Shown in pieces: positions 29,402 to 38,794 of a stretch of 64,000 nt of DNA. Within the stretch, counting starts at the first letter, position 1. Each line of letters starts with the position of its first letter. The notes beneath the pieces were generated by a model. It made no database searches and had not been told where the DNA came from. It saw nothing but the letters and a program-made list of their open reading frames with translations. The position numbers were made by a program, and so were the translations under genes. The DNA comes from Deltaproteobacteria bacterium (GTDB lineage Bacteria; Desulfobacterota; Desulfuromonadia; Desulfuromonadales; Geopsychrobacteraceae): the NCBI GenBank assembly GCA_024279255.1, contig JAJRRT010000009.1:2670-66669 (forward strand). Reading direction: 5' to 3'.

Positions 29402-31549
29402 ATGTCGGAAAATTCTTATTTTGCCACCGCCGCACGCGGCCTCGAACCCCTGCTGGCTACTGAGCTGAGCTCTTTCGGTGCTCAGGAGGTCGTTGAAGCG
29501 ATTGGGGGAGTTCATTTTACCGGACCACTCAAAGTTGCTTTGCAGGCTTGCCTTTGGTCACGTTTAGCCAGTCGTATTCTTGCGCCGATAGCAGAGTTTG
29601 AGGCGAATGACACCGACCAACTTTATGAGGGGGTCCTGCAGATCGATTGGCGGCAACATCTGAATGTTGGTGGTAGTCTCGCTGTTGATGCTCATGTTTC
29701 ACAATCAAAAATTGATCACTCACGCTACGCCCTGTTGCGCGTCAAGGATGCGGTAGTTGATCAATTCCGTGATCGTTGCGGAGAACGGCCGAATATTGAT
29801 GCGCTGCAGCCTGACTTGCGCCTGAATCTTTACCTGTTCAGAAATCGTGCGACCTTAAGCGTCGATCTCAGTGGGTCCAGCCTGCATAAACGTGGTTATC
29901 GTAGTGATGGCTTGAGTGCGCCGCTGAAGGAAAATCTTGCAGCGGCCATTCTGCTCAGTTGCAACTGGCCGGAGATCCATGCCGCTGGTGGTGCCTTTGT
30001 TGACCCGATGTGTGGCTCGGGGACCTTACCCCTTGAGGCGGCGTTGATTGCTTCCGATTGTGCTCCCGGGTTGATGCGCGATTATTACGGATTCCTGGGC
30101 TGGAAGCAGTTTGATGGTCAATACTGGGACGATCTGGTGAAAGAGGCCGCAGAACGTAAGTCGGCCGGGCTGGAACGTAAGCAACCAACGATTGTCGGTT
30201 ACGATGAAAATACCCGAGCGATCCGTCAGGCTTGGGAGCATGCGCGTGCTGCGGGCGTTGACCGATGGCTTCATTTTGAGCGGCGTGAGATGGAGATGGT
30301 CGAGCCGCCAGCTGGCAACGGTGGGCTACTGGTCACTAACCCTCCTTATGGTGAACGTCTGGGCGAACTGTCTGAACTTCCACCACTTTATAACCGCCTC
30401 GGCGAAAAGATGATCCAGTTCTCCGGCTGGCAGGCGGGTGTTATCACCAGCGAGGTTGAACTCGGACGGGCTATCGGGCTACGCGCTCACCGGCGCACGC
30501 CGCTTTACAATGGTGCGCTGAAGTGTCAACTGCTCCATTTTGAACTGGATGAAACAAATCGCTGGAAATCCCTGGCAGATGGCGCTGGTCGTCCTGTTGC
30601 GCGCCGGCTATCGGAAGAAGCCGAAATGCTCGCCAATCGATTACGAAAAAACCGTAAAAAATTGGCACGTTGGGTCAAGGCTGAGCAAACCGATTGTTAT
30701 CGGCTTTATGATGCCGATCTGCCTGAATTTAATCTCGCAATCGATCTCTATGGCGATGAAGTTCATCTTCAGGAATATCAGGCGCCCAAAGATATCCCGG
30801 AGCAAAAGGCCGAGCGCAGGGTGCGCGATGCCGCTGCCGTAGTCATGCAGGTTCTCGACCTTCCCAGTGGCGCACTACATATAAAACAGCGCGTTCGCCA
30901 GAAGGGGGTCAGTCAGTATCAGCGTCAGGATCGACGCGGAGAGCTCAAACAGGTCAAGGAAGGGGATCTGCAGTTTCTGGTCAATCTGAGTGACTATATC
31001 GATACCGGCCTGTTTCTGGATCACCGTCCGACCCGCCAGTTGTTGCGGGCACTGGCCACCGGGAAGCGGTTTCTCAACCTTTTTGCCTATACCGGAACTG
31101 CCAGTGTGTATGCTGCCGCCGGTGGCGCAATTGAAACAACCACGGTCGATATGTCGCGCACCTACCTTGAGTGGGCAAAGAAAAATATGCGTCTGAACGG
31201 TTTTGATGGTACCGAACACCGGATGGTTCAGGTCGATTGCATGGCCTGGCTGGATCAGTCTCAGGCGCAGTATGATTTGATCTTTCTCGATCCCCCCTCC
31301 TTTTCCAATTCGAAGGGGATGGAGGGAACCTTCGATATCCAGCGCGATCATGTCAATATCTTACAACGCGTTAGCGAAATGTTGGCGCCAGGGGGAATTT
31401 TGATCTTTTCAAACAATCTGCGGAGCTTTAAGATGGCAACCGATCAGTTGCCCAGGTTGAAGATTGAAGAGATCAGTGATCGCACTCTGCCGCTAGATTT
31501 TGCACGCAATCCACGGATCCACAACAGCTGGCGTATAGAACAGGCTTAG
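29402..31549 (+). CDS. rlmKL: Bifunctional 23S rRNA methyltransferase RlmKL
   Basis: THUMP domain, LHKRGYR, APLKENLAAA, DPMCGSGT, NPPYGER, DTGLFLDHR, DPPSFSNSK. Confidence 0.95.
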   Translation: MSENSYFATAARGLEPLLATELSSFGAQEVVEAIGGVHFTGPLKVALQACLWSRLASRILAPIAEFEANDTDQLYEGVLQIDWRQHLNVGGSLAVDAHVSQSKIDHSRYALLRVKDAVVDQFRDRCGERPNIDALQPDLRLNLYLFRNRATLSVDLSGSSLHKRGYRSDGLSAPLKENLAAAILLSCNWPEIHAAGGAFVDPMCGSGTLPLEAALIASDCAPGLMRDYYGFLGWKQFDGQYWDDLVKEAAERKSAGLERKQPTIVGYDENTRAIRQAWEHARAAGVDRWLHFERREMEMVEPPAGNGGLLVTNPPYGERLGELSELPPLYNRLGEKMIQFSGWQAGVITSEVELGRAIGLRAHRRTPLYNGALKCQLLHFELDETNRWKSLADGAGRPVARRLSEEAEMLANRLRKNRKKLARWVKAEQTDCYRLYDADLPEFNLAIDLYGDEVHLQEYQAPKDIPEQKAERRVRDAAAVVMQVLDLPSGALHIKQRVRQKGVSQYQRQDRRGELKQVKEGDLQFLVNLSDYIDTGLFLDHRPTRQLLRALATGKRFLNLFAYTGTASVYAAAGGAIETTTVDMSRTYLEWAKKNMRLNGFDGTEHRMVQVDCMAWLDQSQAQYDLIFLDPPSFSNSKGMEGTFDIQRDHVNILQRVSEMLAPGGILIFSNNLRSFKMATDQLPRLKIEEISDRTLPLDFARNPRIHNSWRIEQA

Positions 31550-31570
31550 CCATTTCGGGAGAGGTATGAT

Positions 31571-32392
31571 ATGCAGAATCTGTTATTAGTGATTGTGTTG
31601 CTGTTGTCAGGTTGTGGCCTGAGTAAAATGCCGCAGCATATGGCGCAGGCTACACTTAATCAGACCGACCCGGAAACCATTGCCGAGGCTGCACCTTCAT
31701 ACCTGTTGTTGTTCGACAGTTTAATCGAGTCGTCACCTGATGATAGTGATTATTTGCGTGATGCCGCTGGACTTTACGCCTTGTTTGGTGATCTGTTTGT
31801 CAAGGATAAGCTTCGTTCAAAACGACTTAGCGAACGTTCTTTCTCTTATGCTAACCGTGCAATTTGTAGTGAAGAGGAGGATCTCTGTGGCTTGCCGCAG
31901 CTCGCTTTCGATCCTTTTATTACGAAGTTGGAGGAGTTCTCTGAACTGGACCCGGCGCTGCGGATCGTCTATCTGCAGAGCTGGCTGGTCTATCTGAAAC
32001 ATCATGCCGATGACTGGAACGAACTGGCTCGGCTGCCGCAACTGGAAGCTTTAATCGGTTACCTGCTGCATCATGAAGAGGGGAGTGCCAGTCCGCAATT
32101 ACATCTCTATCAGGCAATTTTACAGTCTTTACGCCCTGAGATGTATGGCGGTAAGCCTGAAGAGTCGCGACGTAATTTCGAACAGGCGATGCAACTTGCC
32201 CCCGATGACTTGACCATCAAGGTTGCTTTTGCCCGTCATTATGCCCGTGGACTCTATGATCAGGATTTACATGATCGTTTATTGAATGAAGTGTTGGCCG
32301 CCGATCCTGTAAAGACCGGGTTGACCTTGCTCAATACTTTGGCTCAACGTGAAGCACGCGAACTGCTGGCGTCCGGAGCGGACTTTTTCTAA
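31571..32392 (+). CDS. TRAP-associated TatT-type (TPR-like) lipoprotein
   Basis: Lipobox LSGC; LRP...GGKPE..R..FE.A; FA..YAR..YDQ.LHD.LL.EVL.ADP; first gene of the TRAP cluster. Confidence 0.82.
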   Translation: MQNLLLVIVLLLSGCGLSKMPQHMAQATLNQTDPETIAEAAPSYLLLFDSLIESSPDDSDYLRDAAGLYALFGDLFVKDKLRSKRLSERSFSYANRAICSEEEDLCGLPQLAFDPFITKLEEFSELDPALRIVYLQSWLVYLKHHADDWNELARLPQLEALIGYLLHHEEGSASPQLHLYQAILQSLRPEMYGGKPEESRRNFEQAMQLAPDDLTIKVAFARHYARGLYDQDLHDRLLNEVLAADPVKTGLTLLNTLAQREARELLASGADFF

Positions 32393-32403
32393 AGAAACGG
32401 AGA

Positions 32404-33414
32404 TTGACTGAAATGTGCCGTATATTTGTTACTGTATTTCTTCTGCTACTGTTGCCGCTGTCGGCTGGAGCCTTGACTCTCAAACTGGCGACCGTTGCCC
32501 CAGAGGGATCAAGCTGGATGGTTCAGATGCGCAAAGGTGCCGCTGAAGTCGCTGAAAAAACCTCGGGACGAGTCAAGGTTAAGCTTTATGGTGGCGGTGT
32601 CATGGGGAATGAAAAATCTGTGATACGCAAGATCCGTATTGGCCAACTGCAGGGGGGCGCGTTGACCAGCGGTGCCATGGCCACGGTCTATTCTGATTTG
32701 AGTCTCTACAGCTTGCCAATGTTGTTCAATTCTCTTGCTGAGGTCGACTTTGTTCGTGCCAGCATGGACACTGTCCTCAAAAAAGGCTTGGAGAAAAAGG
32801 GTTTTACCTGCTTCGGTTTCGCTGAAGGTGGGATGGCGCTGATGTTTTCGCAACAACCAATTGCAACCCTTGATGATCTCAAAGGGAAAAAAGTCTGGGT
32901 TCCAGAAGGGGACCTGCCGAGTTACGCGGCGATGGAGGCTAATGGTTTGACGCCGGTCACTTTACCACTGACCGATGTCTTGACCGGTCTGCAGACCGGT
33001 CTGATCGATGTGATCGGCTCTTCTCCGTTGGCTGCGATCGCCTTTCAATGGCATACTCAGGTGAAATATTTCAGTCCGACGCCGCTCTCCTATATCTACG
33101 CATTACTGGTTGTTGACACCCGTGTGATGAAAAAGATTTCGGCTGCTGACCAGCAGGTGATACGTGAGGTGTTTGAAGGGATCTATCAGATCCTCGACAA
33201 GGAGAACAGGGCCGAGAACGCGCAGGCTGCAGAGGCCTTGCGTAATCAGGGGATCATTGAGGAAAAGCCGATGCAAAATTTAGCTCAGATGCGGGCAACA
33301 GCAGAGGACGCACTTGCAAACCGCGCCGCAGACGGTCTCTTTAGTGCGAAGTATTATGCCGAAGTCAAAGCGTTGCTCCAGCAGTTCCGTAGCCAAAACA
33401 AGGCGCAACAGTGA
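32404..33414 (+). CDS. dctP: TRAP transporter substrate-binding protein (DctP/TatP); start 32404 or 32413
   Basis: LKLATVAPEGSSW, IRKIRIGQL, DDLKGKKVWV. Confidence 0.9.
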   Translation: MTEMCRIFVTVFLLLLLPLSAGALTLKLATVAPEGSSWMVQMRKGAAEVAEKTSGRVKVKLYGGGVMGNEKSVIRKIRIGQLQGGALTSGAMATVYSDLSLYSLPMLFNSLAEVDFVRASMDTVLKKGLEKKGFTCFGFAEGGMALMFSQQPIATLDDLKGKKVWVPEGDLPSYAAMEANGLTPVTLPLTDVLTGLQTGLIDVIGSSPLAAIAFQWHTQVKYFSPTPLSYIYALLVVDTRVMKKISAADQQVIREVFEGIYQILDKENRAENAQAAEALRNQGIIEEKPMQNLAQMRATAEDALANRAADGLFSAKYYAEVKALLQQFRSQNKAQQ

Positions 33415-33911
33415 GTATTGGTTCCCAGCTGAAACGGCTCGACCTTCTCGGCCGGTGCATAGAGGATATCTTTCTGGCCGCACTGCTGACGTTTATGATT
33501 CTGCTGGCTGGCTGGCAGATCGTGCAGCGAAACTTCATAGGTGGCGGTATGATTTGGGGGGATGAACTCTTGCGTCTGATGGTTCTGTGGCTTGCGTTAC
33601 TTGGTGCCATGGCGGCCAGTCGCGATAATCGTCACGTTGCTATCGATCTGTTGTTACGTTTTTTACCGGACAAATTTAAATCTCCGGTCCAGATGTGTTT
33701 GCATCTTTTTACCGCTGTTGTTTGTGGCATGCTCGCTTTCTATTCTTTTAAATTTGTACAGATGGAGCATGAATATCAAACCACAGTTTTGAGCGGTTTG
33801 CCCGCATGGTGGTTTGAGGTGATCCTGCCTATCGGCTTCGGGATGATGAGCTTTCGCTATCTTGGACATCTGCGCCGGATTGTTTATCCACTGCCAGAAG
33901 AGGTCGTATGA
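33411..33911 (+). CDS. dctQ: TRAP transporter small permease
   Basis: 4 TM helices, WGDELLRLMVLW, HVAID; GTGA overlap. Confidence 0.88.
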   Translation: MSIGSQLKRLDLLGRCIEDIFLAALLTFMILLAGWQIVQRNFIGGGMIWGDELLRLMVLWLALLGAMAASRDNRHVAIDLLLRFLPDKFKSPVQMCLHLFTAVVCGMLAFYSFKFVQMEHEYQTTVLSGLPAWWFEVILPIGFGMMSFRYLGHLRRIVYPLPEEVV

Positions 33912-35170
33912 GCGCGCTACTTGGAGTTATCGCGCTGTTCGGTGCACCGCTCTTTGCGATTATTGCAGCCGGAGCGATGTGGGGGTTTTATTCCAGCGAG
34001 ATCGATTTAACCGTTATGGCAATCGAGCTCTATCGACTGGCGGAAATGCCGGTGCTGTTGGCCATTCCTCTGTTTACTTTTTCGGGTTATCTGCTTGGTG
34101 AGAGCGGAGCGCCCGGGCGACTGATGCGTCTGTCTAAAGCTTTTTTGGGATGGTTTCCTGGAGGGCTTGGCGTTGTTGCTCTGATCGCCTGTGCTTTTTT
34201 TACAGCATTTACTGGTGCCTCGGGAATCACCATTATTGCCCTTGGCGCCATTCTTTATCCGGCACTCGAACAAGCCGGTTACGAGAAAAATTTTAACCTC
34301 GGTTTGATCACGACCTCAGGAAGTCTCGGGTTGCTCTTTGCTCCTTCGTTGCCGCTCATTCTTTATGGGATCGTTGCACAGCAGGCCGGTGGAAATATCT
34401 CTATCAAACTTAATGAGCTGTTTCTCGCCGGAGCTTTGCCCGGGGTTTTGATGCTGGTGCTTCTGAGCGGTTACGTTGTCTACAAACGTCGCGGCAAGAA
34501 ATTGGGTGGCAAGGTCACTTTTGCAGAGATCAGACAGTCTCTGCGCGAGTCGATTTGGGAGTTGCCTCTGCCGTTTGTGGTATTAGGTGGGATTTACAGC
34601 GGTTATTTTGCTGTCAGCGAGGCCGCAGCAGTGACTGCCTGTTACGTGCTGCTTGTAGAAGTTTTTATCCTGCGCGAGATTTCTTTTCGTCAAGTACCGG
34701 TTATCATGCGTCAGTCGATGGTGCTGGTCGGCGGCATTTTGTTGATCCTCGGGGTTTCCCTTGCATCAACCAGTTATATGATCGACGCTGAAATTCCAGC
34801 CAAACTCTTTGAATATGTCCAATCCCATGTCGAAGGGCGCTTAACATTTCTGCTGCTCTTGAATATCTTTCTTTTACTCCTTGGCGCTATACTCGACATC
34901 TTTTCTGCGCTGGTTCTGGTGGTGCCACTGATTCTTCCCGTCGCACTCAGCTACGGTATAGATCCACTTCATCTGGGGATCATCTTTCTTGCCAATATGC
35001 AGATCGGTTACATTACTCCACCGGTCGGACTCAACCTGTTTATCGCCAGTTACCGCTTTGATGAGCCGGTATTGACCCTCTATAAGTCGACCTGGCCGTT
35101 TTTTCTGTTGCTGCTGGCCTCGGTTCTGATCATTACTTATGTGCCTTTCCTCTCCCTCTGGTTTCGCTAA
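33908..35170 (+). CDS. dctM: TRAP transporter large permease
   Basis: LLAIPLF, AFTGASG, GLLFAPS, GYITPPVGLNLF. Confidence 0.92.
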   Translation: MSALLGVIALFGAPLFAIIAAGAMWGFYSSEIDLTVMAIELYRLAEMPVLLAIPLFTFSGYLLGESGAPGRLMRLSKAFLGWFPGGLGVVALIACAFFTAFTGASGITIIALGAILYPALEQAGYEKNFNLGLITTSGSLGLLFAPSLPLILYGIVAQQAGGNISIKLNELFLAGALPGVLMLVLLSGYVVYKRRGKKLGGKVTFAEIRQSLRESIWELPLPFVVLGGIYSGYFAVSEAAAVTACYVLLVEVFILREISFRQVPVIMRQSMVLVGGILLILGVSLASTSYMIDAEIPAKLFEYVQSHVEGRLTFLLLLNIFLLLLGAILDIFSALVLVVPLILPVALSYGIDPLHLGIIFLANMQIGYITPPVGLNLFIASYRFDEPVLTLYKSTWPFFLLLLASVLIITYVPFLSLWFR

Positions 35171-35210
35171 AGCATGGTCAGTACAACAGGACTTCTGACA
35201 ATGGCTCAGT

Positions 35211-35978
35211 TTATGGTTCAGCCACTTTCTCCCATTTGAGTGAAGACGGATCGAAGCCTTTTTCAATGGTCGGTTTTATAATCTGAAAATAGGGTGACAC
35301 GTCGAAATCGCGCGGAGTAAACAGGCTGTGATGTCTGATGTGAAGGGTCTCCTGATAGCATTTTCTGCAACCAGGGTCTGTCGATTTTTCGATATTAATT
35401 TCGGGCAGTATCGGGTAGCCGACAGATTGAAATGCCTGCGCAATTAAAGATGAACAGATCGCCCGAGTCGGATCTCCGCTTCCTAATGCCAGTAACCTCC
35501 GTCGCCAACGGGTAGGTAGCAGCGGGATGGGGATCAGATAACGGGCAAGGTCGATAATATTCTTCAAATCATAACGTTGCCCGATTCGGGCAATAGCATA
35601 ATCACACAGACTTTTGATTTCAATATCTGGAAGGCCCACCGGTCGGCAAATGCGGGTGTGACTGCCAGAATAATCATTTAAGGGGACCGCACGAATCCCC
35701 TCGTTGACATCTGCTTCGATCAGGACCTGTGCCTCGCCCTCCTCGGTTGCAGGGCCCAAAGTGTCCCCGACATACAGGGTTGCATGCGACCAACTTGATT
35801 GCGTGAGGTACTTTATCGCTGTGCTGAAACGACTATTGCCAGCAATCAGCAGGACATCACCGGCCTTGAGTGAGGCGGAGAGCTTTTCAGGAAGGCTGGT
35901 CGAAACTTCGACGTTTTGAGCTTGTGGTTCGGAAAGGTGCCGCGCCAGTCTTTGTCCCGTTCCATGCAAAATATTCAC
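35211..35978 (-). CDS. YiiX/YebB-like permuted NlpC/P60 (papain-like) enzyme
   Basis: GDVLL, SSWSHA (His) before RAICSSLIAQAF (Cys), RIGQRYD. Confidence 0.8.
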   Translation of the reverse strand: MNILHGTGQRLARHLSEPQAQNVEVSTSLPEKLSASLKAGDVLLIAGNSRFSTAIKYLTQSSWSHATLYVGDTLGPATEEGEAQVLIEADVNEGIRAVPLNDYSGSHTRICRPVGLPDIEIKSLCDYAIARIGQRYDLKNIIDLARYLIPIPLLPTRWRRRLLALGSGDPTRAICSSLIAQAFQSVGYPILPEINIEKSTDPGCRKCYQETLHIRHHSLFTPRDFDVSPYFQIIKPTIEKGFDPSSLKWEKVAEP

Positions 35979-36053
35979 AATGTATATTCCCCATCCCTGC
36001 TTGCAGCTTTGAAGGCCTTGAATCGCACTATTGTGAGGTTTTTATCACTGTCA

Positions 36054-36410
36054 TCATAGCTTGAGCCATAGCCAGACTATTTGCCGTCGGATAGCGTCGA
36101 GTCGATCCCGATCTTTGAATAAGCTGGAAGCCGTCTTCAGCATCGGTTCAGCTTTCTCCGCAGTTTGAAGCGGCAGAGTTTTGCTCAAACTGCCATCGAA
36201 AGGCATCACCTTGCGCACGTCGGCGACAAAGCGCTGAGGCTTCACGGGGAAACTTTCGTCATCAGTCCCGCCGAGATCCGTGAAAAATGGTGGATTTACC
36301 ACATCGGGTCCGACATTGATAAGCAGATCCGAGCGAACGATGGCGCAATGGGTGTCGTTATAATCACAAAGGGCAGCAGCCCCTATGTACTGCGGATTAT
36401 TTTTGTTCAC
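36054..36410 (-). pseudogene. Chimeric remnant: two internal acetolactate synthase segments fused to an aldehyde dehydrogenase N-terminal segment
   Basis: PQYIGAAAL..H.AI..SDLLINVG.DVV.PPFF, then GTDDESFPVKPQRFVADVRKVMP (both ALS-like), then PFDGSL.K.LP.QTAE.AE.ML.TAS.LFKDRD (ALDH-like). Confidence 0.6.
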
Positions 36411-36440
36411 TACGCTCTTATCCCTCTAGAGTATTAAGAG

Positions 36441-36627
36441 CTTGTTCGTCAAGCGGCCGTAGTGGCGGCCATAAATGTAGCTCCCCGTTCATGGCGGTTG
36501 AGAATGAACTTGATGTTCGACTTACGCAGCGCTTCGGGAAAATCAAGATTCTTTTCGGCTGGAACACCGTAGTTAATTTCTACCTACTTGTTCTCCCGCG
36601 CTTGAACAACTAGGTCGAAGCATTCAT
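36441..36627 (-). pseudogene. Acetolactate synthase large subunit N-terminal remnant (frameshifts and stop)
   Basis: Reconstructed MNAS(D)LVVQARENK*VEINYGVPAEKNLDFPEALRKSNIKFILNRHERGATFMAAT(YGRLT); TPP-enzyme GVPxExNL and RHExGAxFMA motifs. Confidence 0.75.
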
Positions 36628-36696
36628 TTTGTTAACCCTTTATAGGCGATGGGTTATTGTCTCGGTGGGTTCTGTTTAAGGGGCAGAACCAAGACC

Positions 36697-37041
36697 TTAA
36701 AAGTTTTCGGATGAAGCACGATTCCAGACCTTTTGATAAAAGCCAGGTACTGGCTCCTGCAACAGCGCGCCGGGTTTAAGACAGGGATAAATATCCCTCA
36801 GCGGCTGGATCTTGCTCATTCCGGTGCGCCGATAGATATGCCAGTGCAGCCGTTCCCGATCACGACCGACAGCTGAAAGTCCCATCAGCTCAAGGGCCGC
36901 CTTGACAGTGGCATTTTGAAAGACGCAGTCATTAGAGCTATCGGTAGCAGTAGCCAGAGAAAGCCGCTGCTCCAGGTACCCAGGAGGACAACCTGTTCGC
37001 TGAGAACCAGCATGCTGAAAATAAACATCTGTCTTGACCAC
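36697..37041 (-). pseudogene. C-terminal remnant of an FMN-binding glutamate-synthase-family protein
   Basis: F.NATVKAALELMG..WHIYRR..IYP.LKPGALL..VP.FYQ..W.RASSENF resembles that family's C-terminus; N-terminal part degenerate. Confidence 0.55.
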
Positions 37042-37083
37042 TTCTCAAGCTTATTGCCCTCGCTTTCTGTCCGTTGATGCAGT

Positions 37084-37998
37084 TTAACTCCCTTCAGAAC
37101 AACTGGCGCCACCTGCAAAGCAAGAGTAACAACGGTGATGTCCGAGTAAGACGCGCTGTTTCATTGCGTCGTGCAGAGTATTTCCAAGATCATAATTTTC
37201 GACGTCATCAACAAGAGTGCAGGCGTAAACTCCGCATTGACCATTCTTCTTGACGATCATCTTGCTGAAGCTACACATGAATGTCGCGCGCTGCTCGGGG
37301 CTTATGAAGCGGGTCATACAGCTTTCGGTGATCTCCGCAACCTGGGGGAGCGAACCGGGCAGGTGAAACTCGGGGAACTTGATAATGAGTAAGTTTGCCG
37401 GTACTCCTGCGTTTTCAAAATAGGGTGCATAGGCTTGATCAACAGTGTCGCTGTCTTCGTCTGTCAACATCTGGCGGGCAATAGATACGCCGAAGCCCCC
37501 ACGGTGGAGACGGCCAAGGGTATCGAGTGCTTTTCTGAAATTACCCCGACCGCGCGATTCGTCATGTTTGACCGGGTCTGGATGATCCAGGCTGACCCGA
37601 AAGTTTAAAGGATTCGGCTTATCGCGCAATGGGAGGACTTCGCCTATTTGATTCATCAGCGGTTCGGTTGCGTTGGTCAAGACCAGACAGGGCCGATGCT
37701 CCAGAGCATAGTCGAGAATCTGAATGAACTCAGGGTTAACGAAGGGCTCACCGCCGGTGAACGAGAACTTCTTGACTCCAAGTTCGAGGGCTTCATCAAT
37801 AAAGCCTCGCGCCTCTTTCAGAGTCAAAAATTCGATTCGATTGTCGCCCGGCTTGGATCCTTCGAAACAGAAAGGGCAGCGCAGGTTGCAGTTGGTTCCG
37901 GTGTGAAACCAGAGTTCATCTAGTTTTTGTGGTTGGATATACCCACGTGGTTCATTTTGGCTGGTATTAAGCCATTCGTCAGAGCGTTGCATCTTCAT
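37084..37998 (-). CDS. Radical SAM protein with Cys-rich C-terminus
   Basis: CNLRCPFC cluster motif, FTGGEP, LTN, VSLD; tail FMC..YACTLVD..HHRCYSCFAGGASC. Confidence 0.9.
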   Translation of the reverse strand: MKMQRSDEWLNTSQNEPRGYIQPQKLDELWFHTGTNCNLRCPFCFEGSKPGDNRIEFLTLKEARGFIDEALELGVKKFSFTGGEPFVNPEFIQILDYALEHRPCLVLTNATEPLMNQIGEVLPLRDKPNPLNFRVSLDHPDPVKHDESRGRGNFRKALDTLGRLHRGGFGVSIARQMLTDEDSDTVDQAYAPYFENAGVPANLLIIKFPEFHLPGSLPQVAEITESCMTRFISPEQRATFMCSFSKMIVKKNGQCGVYACTLVDDVENYDLGNTLHDAMKQRVLLGHHRCYSCFAGGASCSEGS

Positions 37999-38644
37999 AA
38001 AAAAAGATCTCCCGGTGAATCTGCGTGTAGGCGACTCCGTGATCTTCCAGCCACTTGCTGGTTTCGTCGATCATGGTGTCGAGTCCGCAAAGGTAGTAGT
38101 GGATGTCGGTAGCAAGGGGGATCAGCTCCAACAGGCCCGTAACTCGCCCATGAAAGTGACTGCTGACTTCTTCCTGTGACAAGGCGAGACGAAAATTGTA
38201 AAGATTCTGTAGCTCCTTCAGGTTGAAGCCCTCCTCAAGTCGACGTACGCCGTAGAGGCAGAGTTCCGGTATCTGTAAAGGATAGCTGCGCAGGTAACTC
38301 AAAAAGGGGGCGATGCCGGTACCGGTAGCAATAAAAATGGAACGTTCTCCATTGACTGAGCGCCCGGGCCTGAACCAACCGAAGGGCGCACTTGCTTGCA
38401 CCAGATCTCCAGGCTTTCGCTGTGCTAACCAGTCGCTGACAAGACCGTTCGGTACGCGCCGTATCAAAAAACGCAGAATATCTTCTTCTGATCCGGCGGC
38501 AATGCTATAGGGGCGCGATTCATCGCCGTTATTAAATAGTGCGACACAGGCCCCAGGTTCGAATTGAACATCTCCACGTTCAACCTGTAACTCAAATAGC
38601 TCATCGGTTATGAAAATAACATTCAGGACAGTCAAAGTGTTCAT
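37979..38644 (-). CDS. Ferredoxin/flavodoxin-NADP+ reductase-family oxidoreductase
   Basis: RPYSIA (FAD), ATGTGIAPF (NAD(P)), YLCG, HREIF; 20-nt overlap with the radical SAM gene. Confidence 0.88.
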   Translation of the reverse strand: MNTLTVLNVIFITDELFELQVERGDVQFEPGACVALFNNGDESRPYSIAAGSEEDILRFLIRRVPNGLVSDWLAQRKPGDLVQASAPFGWFRPGRSVNGERSIFIATGTGIAPFLSYLRSYPLQIPELCLYGVRRLEEGFNLKELQNLYNFRLALSQEEVSSHFHGRVTGLLELIPLATDIHYYLCGLDTMIDETSKWLEDHGVAYTQIHREIFFYEDATL

Positions 38645-38794
38645 GGTTCTCTTTCAATGTCGTGCGAAACTTAGGTCAGGATCTATTTTGAGGGATATCT
38701 TATTTCTGAAACAGGGCCTTAAGTATAGCAGTCGTATGCTCGGGAGTGGCTTGTCGGACCGATTATCTCACCTTGAAGAGGTTTAAGTCTTTGT

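Noticed and set aside
37084-37100. Selenocysteine read-through at the radical SAM C-terminus
   Set aside because: The stop is TAA, and no in-frame TGA with a SECIS-like hairpin was seen
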